From Bacteroidales bacterium (GTDB lineage Bacteria; Bacteroidota; Bacteroidia; Bacteroidales; JALTDM01), in the NCBI GenBank assembly GCA_027074135.1, contig JALTDM010000023.1, positions 1 to 36,209 of the forward strand: a stretch of DNA of 36,209 nt. The letters run 5' to 3'. The notes under the pieces were generated by a model that did not search any database, was not told where the DNA came from, and worked only from the letters and a program-made list of their open reading frames with translations. This document shows positions 1 through 8,545 of the stretch, piece after piece (position 1 is the stretch's first letter; every line of letters begins with the position of its first letter). The position numbers and the translations under genes were made by a program.

Positions 1-132
1 ATATTCACCGAAAGCATATTTTTGTACTATTGGTCCAAGAATAATACCTCCTATAAAGAGTAATACCAAAGCAATACAACCTGCCCGGTAAAAACCTTTT
101 TTGCCTGCTATGGCAAGAATAATAAATAGAAC
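1..132 (-). pseudogene. Fragment of a membrane protein, 5'-truncated and running off the window edge
   Basis: The minus-strand frame reads VLFIILAIAGKKGFYRAGCIALVLLFIGGIILGPIVQKYAFGEY (hydrophobic, protein-like). It has an in-frame TAA at 133-135 directly upstream and no ATG, and it abuts a putative IS end at 137. Confidence 0.5.
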
Positions 133-240
133 TTAAGAAACTATCCCACAAAATATATAGGCACTTTCAGGAGTAGATGAATAAAAATATTTTGAGATAA
201 TTGAGATTGATTTTTGTATGGGTAATATTAGTTTTTTACT

Positions 241-723
241 TTATTTTTTTATTATGTTTGAGGTGGTGTCTAATTTGTGTGTGTATAAGGTTTCAGTTTT
301 GCAAAAAAAATCAAAATTGTTTTGTCTGTAGTTCTTGCAACTTACTTGTGAAGTCGAATGCTTGCCATACAGATCTTTAAAGATATCTCCTACTTGTTCT
401 GTTGTTAACCCACTGCCATACAACTTAAAGGCTAATTCTTCCATCTCCCTCTGCTGTGATTTTAACACCGCCAACAATACAGGATAAAAGTGATGATAAC
501 GACTGCGGGGAACCCGAAGCTCAAAAATCATATTATTGCTTATTACTTTCCTTGGACGATAACCATTACTGACATCCATTGTCGATTCATTATGTTCTCG
601 TTGTTCTGCTCGCATTAACGCTTTTAAAAAAATCTTTAAAACTTTACTTATTCCTTCTTTGCCAACTGCAATGTCTGACAAAATTTTTGTAACTTGCTCC
701 TGTGTAAAGTTGAGTGTTTCCAG
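241..723 (-). pseudogene. IS256-family (Transposase_mut) transposase, N-terminal fragment
   Basis: Motifs NGYRPRK, FELRVPRSR..FYP..L, LYGSGLTT..V and STSQVS match the IS256 N-terminus. The frame stays open upstream to CTG at 723 (xETLNFTQEQVTKIL; probably a mutated ATG). Similarity ends near nt 340, and the DDE domain is absent. Confidence 0.8.
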
Positions 724-755
724 AATAATTACTTTTTAGTTAATAGTTGTAATTA

Positions 756-1250
756 ATGCTAAAAATGAAATCTAAAATCAAAAAATATTATAAAAAAACA
801 AAAAATAATAATTTATTTATAAAAGATACTTCAGTAATAGCTTTTGCTATTACAATCGCAGGACTATTTATTTTAGTAAAAAATCATTCCATAATATCAG
901 ATAATATAATTACAATAACTATTCAAATTCTTTCCGTTACATTAATGATTTGGGCAAGAATAATTTTTGGATTTAAATCTTTTCACGCACCAGCAAATAC
1001 ATATAAAGAAAAACTTGTAACCGAAGGACCATATAAATGGTTACGCCATCCAATTTATGCAGCAGTAATTTACTTTTTTTCGGCTTGTATTATAGCATAT
1101 CCGAATATCAAAACTATAATAGCAGTTGTATTAATTGATGCAAGTACATTTGTTCGAATGTTACTTGAAGAAAAAGTACTATTTGAAAATTTTGAAGGTT
1201 ATGATGCTTACTATAAACGAACTAAAAGATTTATTCCTTTTGTTTATTAA
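756..1250 (+). CDS. Isoprenylcysteine carboxylmethyltransferase (ICMT/PEMT/Ste14) family membrane protein
   Basis: LVTEGPYKWLRHPIY motif, EE..L...F..Y..Y...T.RFIPF C-terminus and several TM segments. Confidence 0.85.
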   Translation: MLKMKSKIKKYYKKTKNNNLFIKDTSVIAFAITIAGLFILVKNHSIISDNIITITIQILSVTLMIWARIIFGFKSFHAPANTYKEKLVTEGPYKWLRHPIYAAVIYFFSACIIAYPNIKTIIAVVLIDASTFVRMLLEEKVLFENFEGYDAYYKRTKRFIPFVY

Positions 1251-1367
1251 AAGATTAAAATAATTCATTAAAAATATAGTGAGAAATCGAATAATAAATG
1301 TTAAATGAAAAACAAGCACTAATTACAAATTTAGGAAACCTCTCTTTACACACTTTTGGGGACAGTA

Positions 1368-1442
1368 TCATTTTGCAAAATCTTTTTCGTAAAAATAAAA
1401 TAGACTTTCACTCCTGAATTTAGTTATTCTTTGTACCTCCAT
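1368..1442 (-). pseudogene. Possible 5' remnant of a gene cut by the IS end (24 aa, MEVQRITKFRSESLFYFYEKDFAK)
   Basis: ATG at 1442 lies downstream of a TATCTTTG promoter motif at 1511-1518. The TGA stop (1370-1368) overlaps the first bases of the IS terminal repeat. Confidence 0.3.
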
Positions 1443-1510
1443 GCCTGTTTGTATTAAAATTGAAACCCCGATTTTGTGGCTAAATGTCGCTTTTCGGTTT
1501 TTTTATTGCA

Positions 1511-1518
1511 CAAAGATA
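1511..1518 (-). promoter_or_regulatory. Bacteroidota -7 promoter element (TATCTTTG)
   Basis: Exact match to the TAnnTTTG consensus on the minus strand, pointing towards the IS region. Confidence 0.45.
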
Positions 1519-1623
1519 TAAATTATTCAGCTGAAATACAATAGGTTAGGCTGATTATGAATGTGCCTATATAAATAAAGAATAAAAACAAGATAATGAA
1601 AATTATCGTAATTCTTAAAAAAC

Positions 1624-1654
1624 AATAAAGGCTGCCCCAAAGACAGCCTTTATT
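1624..1654 (-). terminator. Rho-independent terminator of the mbx operon
   Basis: Stem AATAAAGGCTG / CAGCCTTTATT, 20 nt downstream of the last operon stop codon. Confidence 0.75.
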
Positions 1655-1674
1655 TATCCGATAAATACAAATCT

Positions 1675-3471
1675 TTACTTTCCTTTTCCCATCAAGAATT
1701 TTTCAATACCTCTTACAGCCCTGTATCCATCTGCTATAGCACTAATAGCATCTGCTGTTCTGTTTACGGCATCGCCACCTGCAAATACTTTTTCAAGAGT
1801 AGTTTGTTGTATCTCGTTAACAATAAATCTTCCTCTTTCTATCTTGATTGCATCTTTAAATTTACTTTCATCTATAAAAGAATAATCTCCTTGTTGACCT
1901 ATAGCTGCAAACACAGAGCTACATTCAATTATAGTATTACTACCTTCAATTGGTTGAGGTCTTGGCCTTCCTCCCTTAGGATCCGGAACCATTTCAGCTT
2001 TCAAATACTCAACTGCTTTTACCTTACCATTTTCTCCGTGTATCTTAATCGGTATAGCTTGCGGTATAATTTCTACTCCTTCAGCTTCGGCTCCTTCTAT
2101 TTCTTCCCAGTCAGCAGGCATATCTTCAACTCTTCTACGGTATAGCATAACTACTTCAGCACCTAATCTACGTGATACACGAGCCGCATCAATTGCTACA
2201 TTACCACCTCCAATTACAACGACTTTATAACCAACATTTATTATTTCTCCACTATTTATTCTTTCAAGAAAATATACAGCTTGTGAAGAACCTTCCAAAT
2301 CTTCTCCTTCTATACCAAGAGTCCAAGGCTTACCAAAACCGACACCAACAAATACAGCATCAAACTTTTCATAAATTTCTTCAAAACTTATATCCTTACC
2401 AACCTTAGTATTAAAGTGAAATTTAACTCCTACTTTTTTCATATAATCCACCTGCTTCATCAAGCTTTCTAGAGGCAACCTGTATTTAGGAATACCATAC
2501 ATCGTCATACCACCAGGTTTATCGTGAGCTTCGTATATTGTCACATCAAATCCTCTCAATGCCAAATAATATCCTGCTGTAAGACCGGAAGGACCAGCAC
2601 CAACTATACCTACTTTATATCCGTTAGGTGGTAAAATTTCCGGATTAACAATTTCCTTAATCATATCAGCATTTATGGCTCTTTCTGTTGCATATCTCTT
2701 AAGCCATCTTATAGCAACCGGTTCACCTCTCTTAGCAATAGCACATACTTCTTCACAACGACGTGTACATACTTTACCGCACATTTCTGGAAGCGGATTA
2801 TTATCATAAATAATTCTTATGGCATCTTCATCATTACCTTGTGCTATGGCATTAATATATTCGGGTATATGCATGTGATCCGGACATGCTTCTGTACATA
2901 AGCCGCAACTGATACACCTCTGTGCTTCTTTTCTTGCCTCATCTTCGTTGTACCCCAATACTACTTCTGCAAAAGATTTAACCCTTTCACTACCATCAAG
3001 TTCACGCATAGGAACTCGCTGATATTCATTCAAAGATGTTTCCGGTGATGAAGTAAATGAAATTAGATTGATGCCATCGGGATTATCTACCCCTGGTGTC
3101 CATAAAAATTCATCGGGATCTTCGGAAACAAAAATATAATCCTTTGTTAAAGAGAGACTTCCGGTAGGACAAACTTCTACACACAAAGCACACCAACAAC
3201 ATCTACCGTTATCTATCCTAGGTCTCAATCCCGAATCACCTTTTTTAGGTTCTATTCCCTCAACAGGAACCATATCTATAGCGGCATTCTGACAAATTGT
3301 AGAACAATTGCCACACCCAATACAGTAATCTAAATTATTATAATGCAAACCTCTATACCTTGGACTCGTTTCAGGAACTTCCAAAGGGAATTCAATGGTA
3401 TGTGGTTTTTTTGCAAATTGCTTAAGTGATGTTAACGGCTTTAATGTTCCTCTAAGATTGAAAAAACTCAT
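1675..3471 (-). CDS. mbxN: MbxN/NuoI-like 2x[4Fe-4S] subunit fused to a GltD/SudA/NfnL-like FAD-dependent NAD(P)H oxidoreductase
   Basis: N-terminal T.EFP...RYRG.H with CIGCGNCSTIC and CCWCALCVEVCP motifs, then a DPD/GltD Fe-S domain (RCISCGLCTEACP, CGKVCTRRCEEVC), GAGPSG (FAD), YGIPKYRLP, GGGNVA (nucleotide binding), YRR and FAGGD. Confidence 0.88.
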   Translation of the reverse strand: MSFFNLRGTLKPLTSLKQFAKKPHTIEFPLEVPETSPRYRGLHYNNLDYCIGCGNCSTICQNAAIDMVPVEGIEPKKGDSGLRPRIDNGRCCWCALCVEVCPTGSLSLTKDYIFVSEDPDEFLWTPGVDNPDGINLISFTSSPETSLNEYQRVPMRELDGSERVKSFAEVVLGYNEDEARKEAQRCISCGLCTEACPDHMHIPEYINAIAQGNDEDAIRIIYDNNPLPEMCGKVCTRRCEEVCAIAKRGEPVAIRWLKRYATERAINADMIKEIVNPEILPPNGYKVGIVGAGPSGLTAGYYLALRGFDVTIYEAHDKPGGMTMYGIPKYRLPLESLMKQVDYMKKVGVKFHFNTKVGKDISFEEIYEKFDAVFVGVGFGKPWTLGIEGEDLEGSSQAVYFLERINSGEIINVGYKVVVIGGGNVAIDAARVSRRLGAEVVMLYRRRVEDMPADWEEIEGAEAEGVEIIPQAIPIKIHGENGKVKAVEYLKAEMVPDPKGGRPRPQPIEGSNTIIECSSVFAAIGQQGDYSFIDESKFKDAIKIERGRFIVNEIQQTTLEKVFAGGDAVNRTADAISAIADGYRAVRGIEKFLMGKGK

Positions 3472-3487
3472 AACTCAATTTTTTTAA

Positions 3488-4606
3488 TTATCTTTCTATT
3501 TCAGGCGGACAAGTGCCCAAACTATTCATTATAAATGATACATCAGCAACATTTTCTCCTATCAGGATATTTTCCAATAAGGTTATTGCATGTACATAAG
3601 CAGCACCTCTCATGTGAGTTCTTCTAGGTTTATTACTACCGTCACTTGCCACAAAGAAACCTATTTCTCCACGGGTTGCTTCTACTCTTGAATATGCATC
3701 TCCTTTTGGTAATGTCCATTTATGTGGATTTGGAATCTTATTATAAAAATCACCTGACGGAATATTATCCAAAACATAACGGATAATTTTTATAGATTGG
3801 CGAATTTCAAATCTTCTCACAAGTGCTCTTGCCCAAACATCCCCACCTTCGTAAGGATGTACTTCAAACACTCCCTTTTCATATAATTCTCCGTAAATTT
3901 CATACGGATCATCTATTCTTATATCACTTTTAATTCCACAACCTCTCAAAGGCGGACCTACCACTCCCCATTCAATTGCTTTATTTTTATCAATAATACC
4001 AACTCCTTTTGCTCTCTTTTGAAAAATTGAATTTTCGAAAAGCAATGTATCATAATCGTCAAGCCTCTTTTCTAAATAATCCATAACCTTCATAGCCTTA
4101 TCCTTAAAACCTTTGGGAAGGTCTCTTCTTACTCCACCCGGCCAAATAAACATATGATATACACGACCACCGGTCAAATCTTCGAACAAATCAAGTATAT
4201 AGTTTCTGTCACCGACACTCCATTGACCCATAGTATATAAACCTGCAGAACCTGATTGACCTCCATACCATAAAAGGTAAGAAGCTATTCTTGCCATTTC
4301 CAAAACTAAAACTCTGATATATTTTGCTCTTTCGGGTACTTCACGTCCTTCTAACAATTCTACTGCAAGAGCATACGCTTCTTCTACTGGATCCGGTTCC
4401 GGCACACAAAACCTACATAAAATAGTAAATGCTTGTAACCAATTTCGTCTTTCTTGTAGCTTTTCAAAACCTCTGTGTAAGTAACCGACTTCTGTTCTGG
4501 CTCCAACTATCGTATCCCCTTTAACTTTAAGCCTGACCATCATATTCCCGGTTATACCCGGGTGTTGTGGTCCTAAATATAATGTTGTAACTTTTTCTCT
4601 TGCCAT
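3488..4606 (-). CDS. mbxL: MbxL/MbsL (NuoD / hydrogenase large-subunit homolog lacking a NiFe site)
   Basis: GPQHP, GYLHRGFEKL, RFCVPEPD and C-terminal CPPEIER. Lacks both the RxCxxC and DPCxxC NiFe motifs. Confidence 0.88.
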   Translation of the reverse strand: MAREKVTTLYLGPQHPGITGNMMVRLKVKGDTIVGARTEVGYLHRGFEKLQERRNWLQAFTILCRFCVPEPDPVEEAYALAVELLEGREVPERAKYIRVLVLEMARIASYLLWYGGQSGSAGLYTMGQWSVGDRNYILDLFEDLTGGRVYHMFIWPGGVRRDLPKGFKDKAMKVMDYLEKRLDDYDTLLFENSIFQKRAKGVGIIDKNKAIEWGVVGPPLRGCGIKSDIRIDDPYEIYGELYEKGVFEVHPYEGGDVWARALVRRFEIRQSIKIIRYVLDNIPSGDFYNKIPNPHKWTLPKGDAYSRVEATRGEIGFFVASDGSNKPRRTHMRGAAYVHAITLLENILIGENVADVSFIMNSLGTCPPEIER

Positions 4607-4616
4607 CTTTCAAAAA

Positions 4617-5189
4617 TTATCGTGAATATTTTTTTGCGAAATCAGGTATTTCTTCTCCTGTACGTTCAGCTATAGTCTGTCTTACATCTCGGGCATCTTC
4701 TCGACCCGGCCGTGCAAAGAAACGTTTTCTAGCATAAGCTTCTGTGTCAAAATCCCTTCTCATAGGAGGCATATCATCCCAATCCTCCAATATAAATTCT
4801 TTCGGTGCCACCAAACCTTCAAATTGAATACCGAACATCTCTCTCAATTCTCGTTCATATGTATTTGCTTGCCTCCAAATCATATCAACATTATCCATTA
4901 CAGGATTATTTCTATCTAAAAATGTTTTGACAAATACTTTTATTTTATCAACAGGTGACCAAACAATAAATATTACTTCGAATTTCCCTTCCTCTAGCCA
5001 GTCAACACATGTAATATGTACCAAATGCTTATATCCCATTTCATCTTTCAAATAAAATAATATAGCAGGTATCTTATTTTTTTCAATTCTGAGATCAACC
5101 CTATTGTAAGGAAAATCATTTTTTGTTTCTGATATTTCAGGGAAAACTTTCTGTAATTTTTCCAATATTTGAGCTTTCTTTTCTTCCAT
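4617..5189 (-). CDS. mbxK: MbxK (NuoC-like, complex I 30 kDa family) subunit
   Basis: ITCVDW, W..A..YERELREMFGIQFEG and PPMRRDF motifs; operon position. Confidence 0.88.
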   Translation of the reverse strand: MEEKKAQILEKLQKVFPEISETKNDFPYNRVDLRIEKNKIPAILFYLKDEMGYKHLVHITCVDWLEEGKFEVIFIVWSPVDKIKVFVKTFLDRNNPVMDNVDMIWRQANTYERELREMFGIQFEGLVAPKEFILEDWDDMPPMRRDFDTEAYARKRFFARPGREDARDVRQTIAERTGEEIPDFAKKYSR

Positions 5190-5199
5190 AACTAAATTT

Positions 5200-5751
5200 T
5201 TACCAATTGTATTCTTGTATATGAGGTGTTGTTGGACCTAAAACTTTCTTTTGATTTGCTCTATACCATTCAAGATTTTCTTTGTAATGCTTAGCACCTT
5301 CAGCACGCCCTTCCATTATTTTCTTTTGCAACTTAATAAAACCTTCTATTACAGCTTCAGGCCTTGGCATACACCCATTAATATAAATATCCACCGGCAA
5401 ATACCGATCTAGCACTTTAATAGTATTATATGAATCCCAATACATTCCTCCATTTATAGTACATGAACCAAAACCGATAACATATTTTGGATCTTGCATT
5501 TGCTCATAAACTCGAATTACTCTTTTTACTGTTTTCGTTGTCAAGTAACCTGTAATAAGTAATACATCCGCTTGTCTTGGTGTTGCTGCTCCCCTAATAC
5601 CAAAACGTTCAGCATCATAACGTGACGTCATTGTCGGTGGTATTTCAATGGCACCACATCCGGTACCATACGCCAAAACAAACAAAGAGTGTTTGCGCGC
5701 AAAATTTTGTATTATATCAACAATCTTTTGACTATTTTTATCGTTTATCAT
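5200..5751 (-). CDS. mbxJ: MbxJ (NuoB-like) [4Fe-4S] small subunit
   Basis: GTGCGAIE.PP.MTSRYDAERFG, PRQADVLLITG, PKYVIGFGSC..NGG and VDIYINGCMPRPEA. Confidence 0.9.
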   Translation of the reverse strand: MINDKNSQKIVDIIQNFARKHSLFVLAYGTGCGAIEIPPTMTSRYDAERFGIRGAATPRQADVLLITGYLTTKTVKRVIRVYEQMQDPKYVIGFGSCTINGGMYWDSYNTIKVLDRYLPVDIYINGCMPRPEAVIEGFIKLQKKIMEGRAEGAKHYKENLEWYRANQKKVLGPTTPHIQEYNW

Positions 5752-5763
5752 CGCAATATTATT

Positions 5764-6669
5764 TTAAATTACAACAGAATATACAAGTGCTGCCAACCCT
5801 AATACTGTTGGCCATCCCCAAAAATATCTAATAGCTTGCTCCGTCCTATATCTTGGACTTACTAAACCATAAAGCATTGGAATCAGATATAATGTAAATG
5901 TTTCTATCAGCAATACTACAATGTTTGATGCTCCTCCCATGAATAAATCAACATACAACGTTAATTTAGTAAATGCAAAAATAGAACCTGAAGACATCAT
6001 CAAACCTAAATATTTGCCTCCAAATTCCGATATTGGACCTGATGCCAATTCGGCTGGTGCTCCAACAATATCAAAAGGTGAATATCTAAACATACCCAAC
6101 ATTGCTAATATTGCTGCCAAAAATGCTAAAGGGTTTTGAAACATCAACCATCCATGTTGTTGTTGGATAGCCATCAAATCACTAATAGAAGTTGTATGAT
6201 ATTGTATCATCATTGCAACCAAAGCCATAACCCAAGGTATCTCAAAACCAACCATTTGACTCAAACCACGTGTTATACCTATTGCAGCATTCGGATTGCC
6301 TGTTTGACCTGCACCTAACGCCATTCCCAAAGAACCTAACACCATAAAGTACAGAATGAAAATTAAATCTCCATGATATGAAAGATTAGGAAACCAAGAC
6401 TGTCCCCTTAAAATAGGAATAAACAATAAAGTTCCCATTGAAGAAATCATTAGAAAAGCAGGAGCCAAATGTTGCATCACACCATGATGTACAGATGTTT
6501 TCTTTGAGACCAACTTTAAGGCATCAATATAATTCTGCCAAACTGGAGGACCTACTCTATTTTGCACTCTCGCCGTAATCTTTCTATTAATCCCCATGTA
6601 GAGCATTCCAACAATAAAAGCTACAATTATTGTAGCAATTGCTCCTAATGTTTTTATTAAAAAATCCAT
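5764..6669 (-). CDS. mbxM: MbxM (NuoH/ND1-like) membrane subunit
   Basis: RKITARVQNRVGPP..Q...D..KL..K and PFDIVGAPAELASGPISEFGG; multiple TMs. Confidence 0.9.
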   Translation of the reverse strand: MDFLIKTLGAIATIIVAFIVGMLYMGINRKITARVQNRVGPPVWQNYIDALKLVSKKTSVHHGVMQHLAPAFLMISSMGTLLFIPILRGQSWFPNLSYHGDLIFILYFMVLGSLGMALGAGQTGNPNAAIGITRGLSQMVGFEIPWVMALVAMMIQYHTTSISDLMAIQQQHGWLMFQNPLAFLAAILAMLGMFRYSPFDIVGAPAELASGPISEFGGKYLGLMMSSGSIFAFTKLTLYVDLFMGGASNIVVLLIETFTLYLIPMLYGLVSPRYRTEQAIRYFWGWPTVLGLAALVYSVVI

Positions 6670-6687
6670 AACCCACCTACTTTTATT

Positions 6688-8538
6688 TTATACTGTGAAA
6701 ATGTTATTAGCAATCAACAATAAAATTACCAGAAATGTTATAACATAAATTGCATATGTTTGAGCATTCCCATTATATATCCTCCTAGTCCAATCAAAAA
6801 ACGCCTCCATTCCATCAGCAAATTCATTATAATATTTACTTATTTTATATCTGAGTAAAGGAGATATTGCTCTCTCAAACGGTTTATAAAAATCAAGTTT
6901 AAAACTGTAATTTTCATCTTCCTTAGGCATTTCACCGGATAAACTTATATCCTTTGTACTAACATATCTTCCATTTTTCCACCTATAGAAAAGAACTATT
7001 GCAATTGTCACAAAAACTGTTATTGTAGTATACATAATTAAGTCTGTGCTAACTTTATTACCCCAAGCATTAAACAAGGTTGTCATTTCCCACCATTTAC
7101 CTTGGCTTACCGGATAACCCATTACGACCAATGCATTATCAATGTATTTCAGTAGATAACCCGGAAAAGCGCCAAAGAAACCTAAAAGTAATGCAATTAT
7201 CACCATTGGTATAACCATCAAAGCCGGTGCTTCTTTTACATTTTCAAATTCAGGTTCTTCCTGTCCAAGGAAAATGCTATATAATATTTTAAAAACATAT
7301 AAGAAACCTGCTGTACTCGCAAAAAAGATTACTATTACCAAAATATAATTACCATTAGAAATCAAAGACTCATAAAGCATCCATTTCCCAACATAACCTA
7401 CTAGAGGAGGAATACCTGCCAAAGCTATAGCAGACATTAAAGCAGAAAAGAAAGTCCACGGCATTTTTCTAATTAATCCTGTCAATACAGTTAAGTCAGT
7501 AGTGCCTGCTTGTCTTTCTACGGCACCAACAACCATAAAGAAATTTGCTTTAAACATACCGTGTACTATAGAAAGCATTAAAGCTGCAATCATTGATATT
7601 TCAGTTCCTATTGCCACACCTGTAATTATATATCCTAATTGTGCCACTGAAGAATATGCTAACAATTTTTTGGCATCGTCTTGGAAGATTGCATAAATAG
7701 TAGCCATCCCTGCAGTAATTGCACCTAACCATGCAATTGTTTCACGAACCCAAAAATTTTGAGGTAAATGACTTACCATAGTAACAAACACTATAACAAG
7801 ACCATAAACCCCCATCTTAGACAAAGCCCCCGAAAACATTGCCGTATATGACATAGGAGCATTACTATAAGCATCCGGTGCCCATACATGTAATGGCATC
7901 ATAGCAGCTTTTACGGCAAAACCTGTAATTAATAATAACGCTATCGTTATTTGATAACTTGCAGGCATTGTTGTAAATCCCGCAGATAAATCAGCTATTG
8001 AAAAAGAATGTAATTGAGAATAAACCATTACAATTGCCATCAACATAGAATATGCACCAAGAGCACTAAACAATATATATTTAATACCTATTTTATTAGC
8101 TTTATTCCCATTATATACAACAATAAGATATGATGACCACGTCATTATTTCCCAAAAGATAAAGAAAGATACTAAATCTTTGGACATAACAATCCCCATC
8201 ATACCAAAAATGCTAAGCAAATAATTCATGTAAAAGAATCCCAAATTATCTTTACCTTTCATATATGGTAAAGAGTAGAACCCAGCTAACACAGCTAATC
8301 CTAGTATAATAATACTAAACAATAATCCTAAATGATTCATTCCCAAAGAAAGGGTAATACCTCCCAAGTTAAAAACAGCAACAGTGTCAGGCGTCATCTT
8401 AATAAAGAATAATGCTGCTGCAACGACTATTGTCGAAATGAACATCAGATCACGTACTACTCCGGATATCTTGTTGGCAAAGTATGTTAATATTGCCCCA
8501 CCAAGTAATATTCCCAATGTTATATGTATTATATTCAT
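6688..8538 (-). CDS. MbxH' antiporter-like (MrpD/NuoL/M family) ion-translocating subunit
   Basis: FFIFWEIM, KAAMMPLHVWAPDAY..AP, KKLLAYSSVAQLGY and GIPPL.G..GKW; long C-terminal extension. Confidence 0.88.
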   Translation of the reverse strand: MNIIHITLGILLGGAILTYFANKISGVVRDLMFISTIVVAAALFFIKMTPDTVAVFNLGGITLSLGMNHLGLLFSIIILGLAVLAGFYSLPYMKGKDNLGFFYMNYLLSIFGMMGIVMSKDLVSFFIFWEIMTWSSYLIVVYNGNKANKIGIKYILFSALGAYSMLMAIVMVYSQLHSFSIADLSAGFTTMPASYQITIALLLITGFAVKAAMMPLHVWAPDAYSNAPMSYTAMFSGALSKMGVYGLVIVFVTMVSHLPQNFWVRETIAWLGAITAGMATIYAIFQDDAKKLLAYSSVAQLGYIITGVAIGTEISMIAALMLSIVHGMFKANFFMVVGAVERQAGTTDLTVLTGLIRKMPWTFFSALMSAIALAGIPPLVGYVGKWMLYESLISNGNYILVIVIFFASTAGFLYVFKILYSIFLGQEEPEFENVKEAPALMVIPMVIIALLLGFFGAFPGYLLKYIDNALVVMGYPVSQGKWWEMTTLFNAWGNKVSTDLIMYTTITVFVTIAIVLFYRWKNGRYVSTKDISLSGEMPKEDENYSFKLDFYKPFERAISPLLRYKISKYYNEFADGMEAFFDWTRRIYNGNAQTYAIYVITFLVILLLIANNIFTV

Positions 8539-8545
8539 TGCTATT

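Larger units (their letters stand above)
137..1369 (-). mobile_element. Degenerate IS256-family element remnant carrying a passenger gene
   Basis: Contains a truncated IS256 transposase. An IS256-like terminal repeat lies at 1335-1369 (minus: GATACTGTCCCCAAAAGTGTGTAAAG...), with degenerate inverted partners at 137-160 (GAAACTATCCCACAAAATATATAG) and about 262-294. No target-site duplication is seen. Confidence 0.5.

Noticed and set aside
1447-1466. GTTTGTATTAAAATTGAAAC resembling a CRISPR repeat end (ATTGAAAC)
   Set aside because: Single occurrence, with no spacer-repeat periodicity and no cas genes.
1675-3471. Glutamate synthase small subunit (gltD)
   Set aside because: No gltB is nearby, and the domain is fused to a NuoI-like subunit within the mbx operon.
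3488-5751. Group 4 [NiFe]-hydrogenase (Mbh/Ech)
   Set aside because: The large subunit lacks the second Cys of both NiFe motifs (RFCVPE, GTCPPE), and there are no maturation genes in the window.
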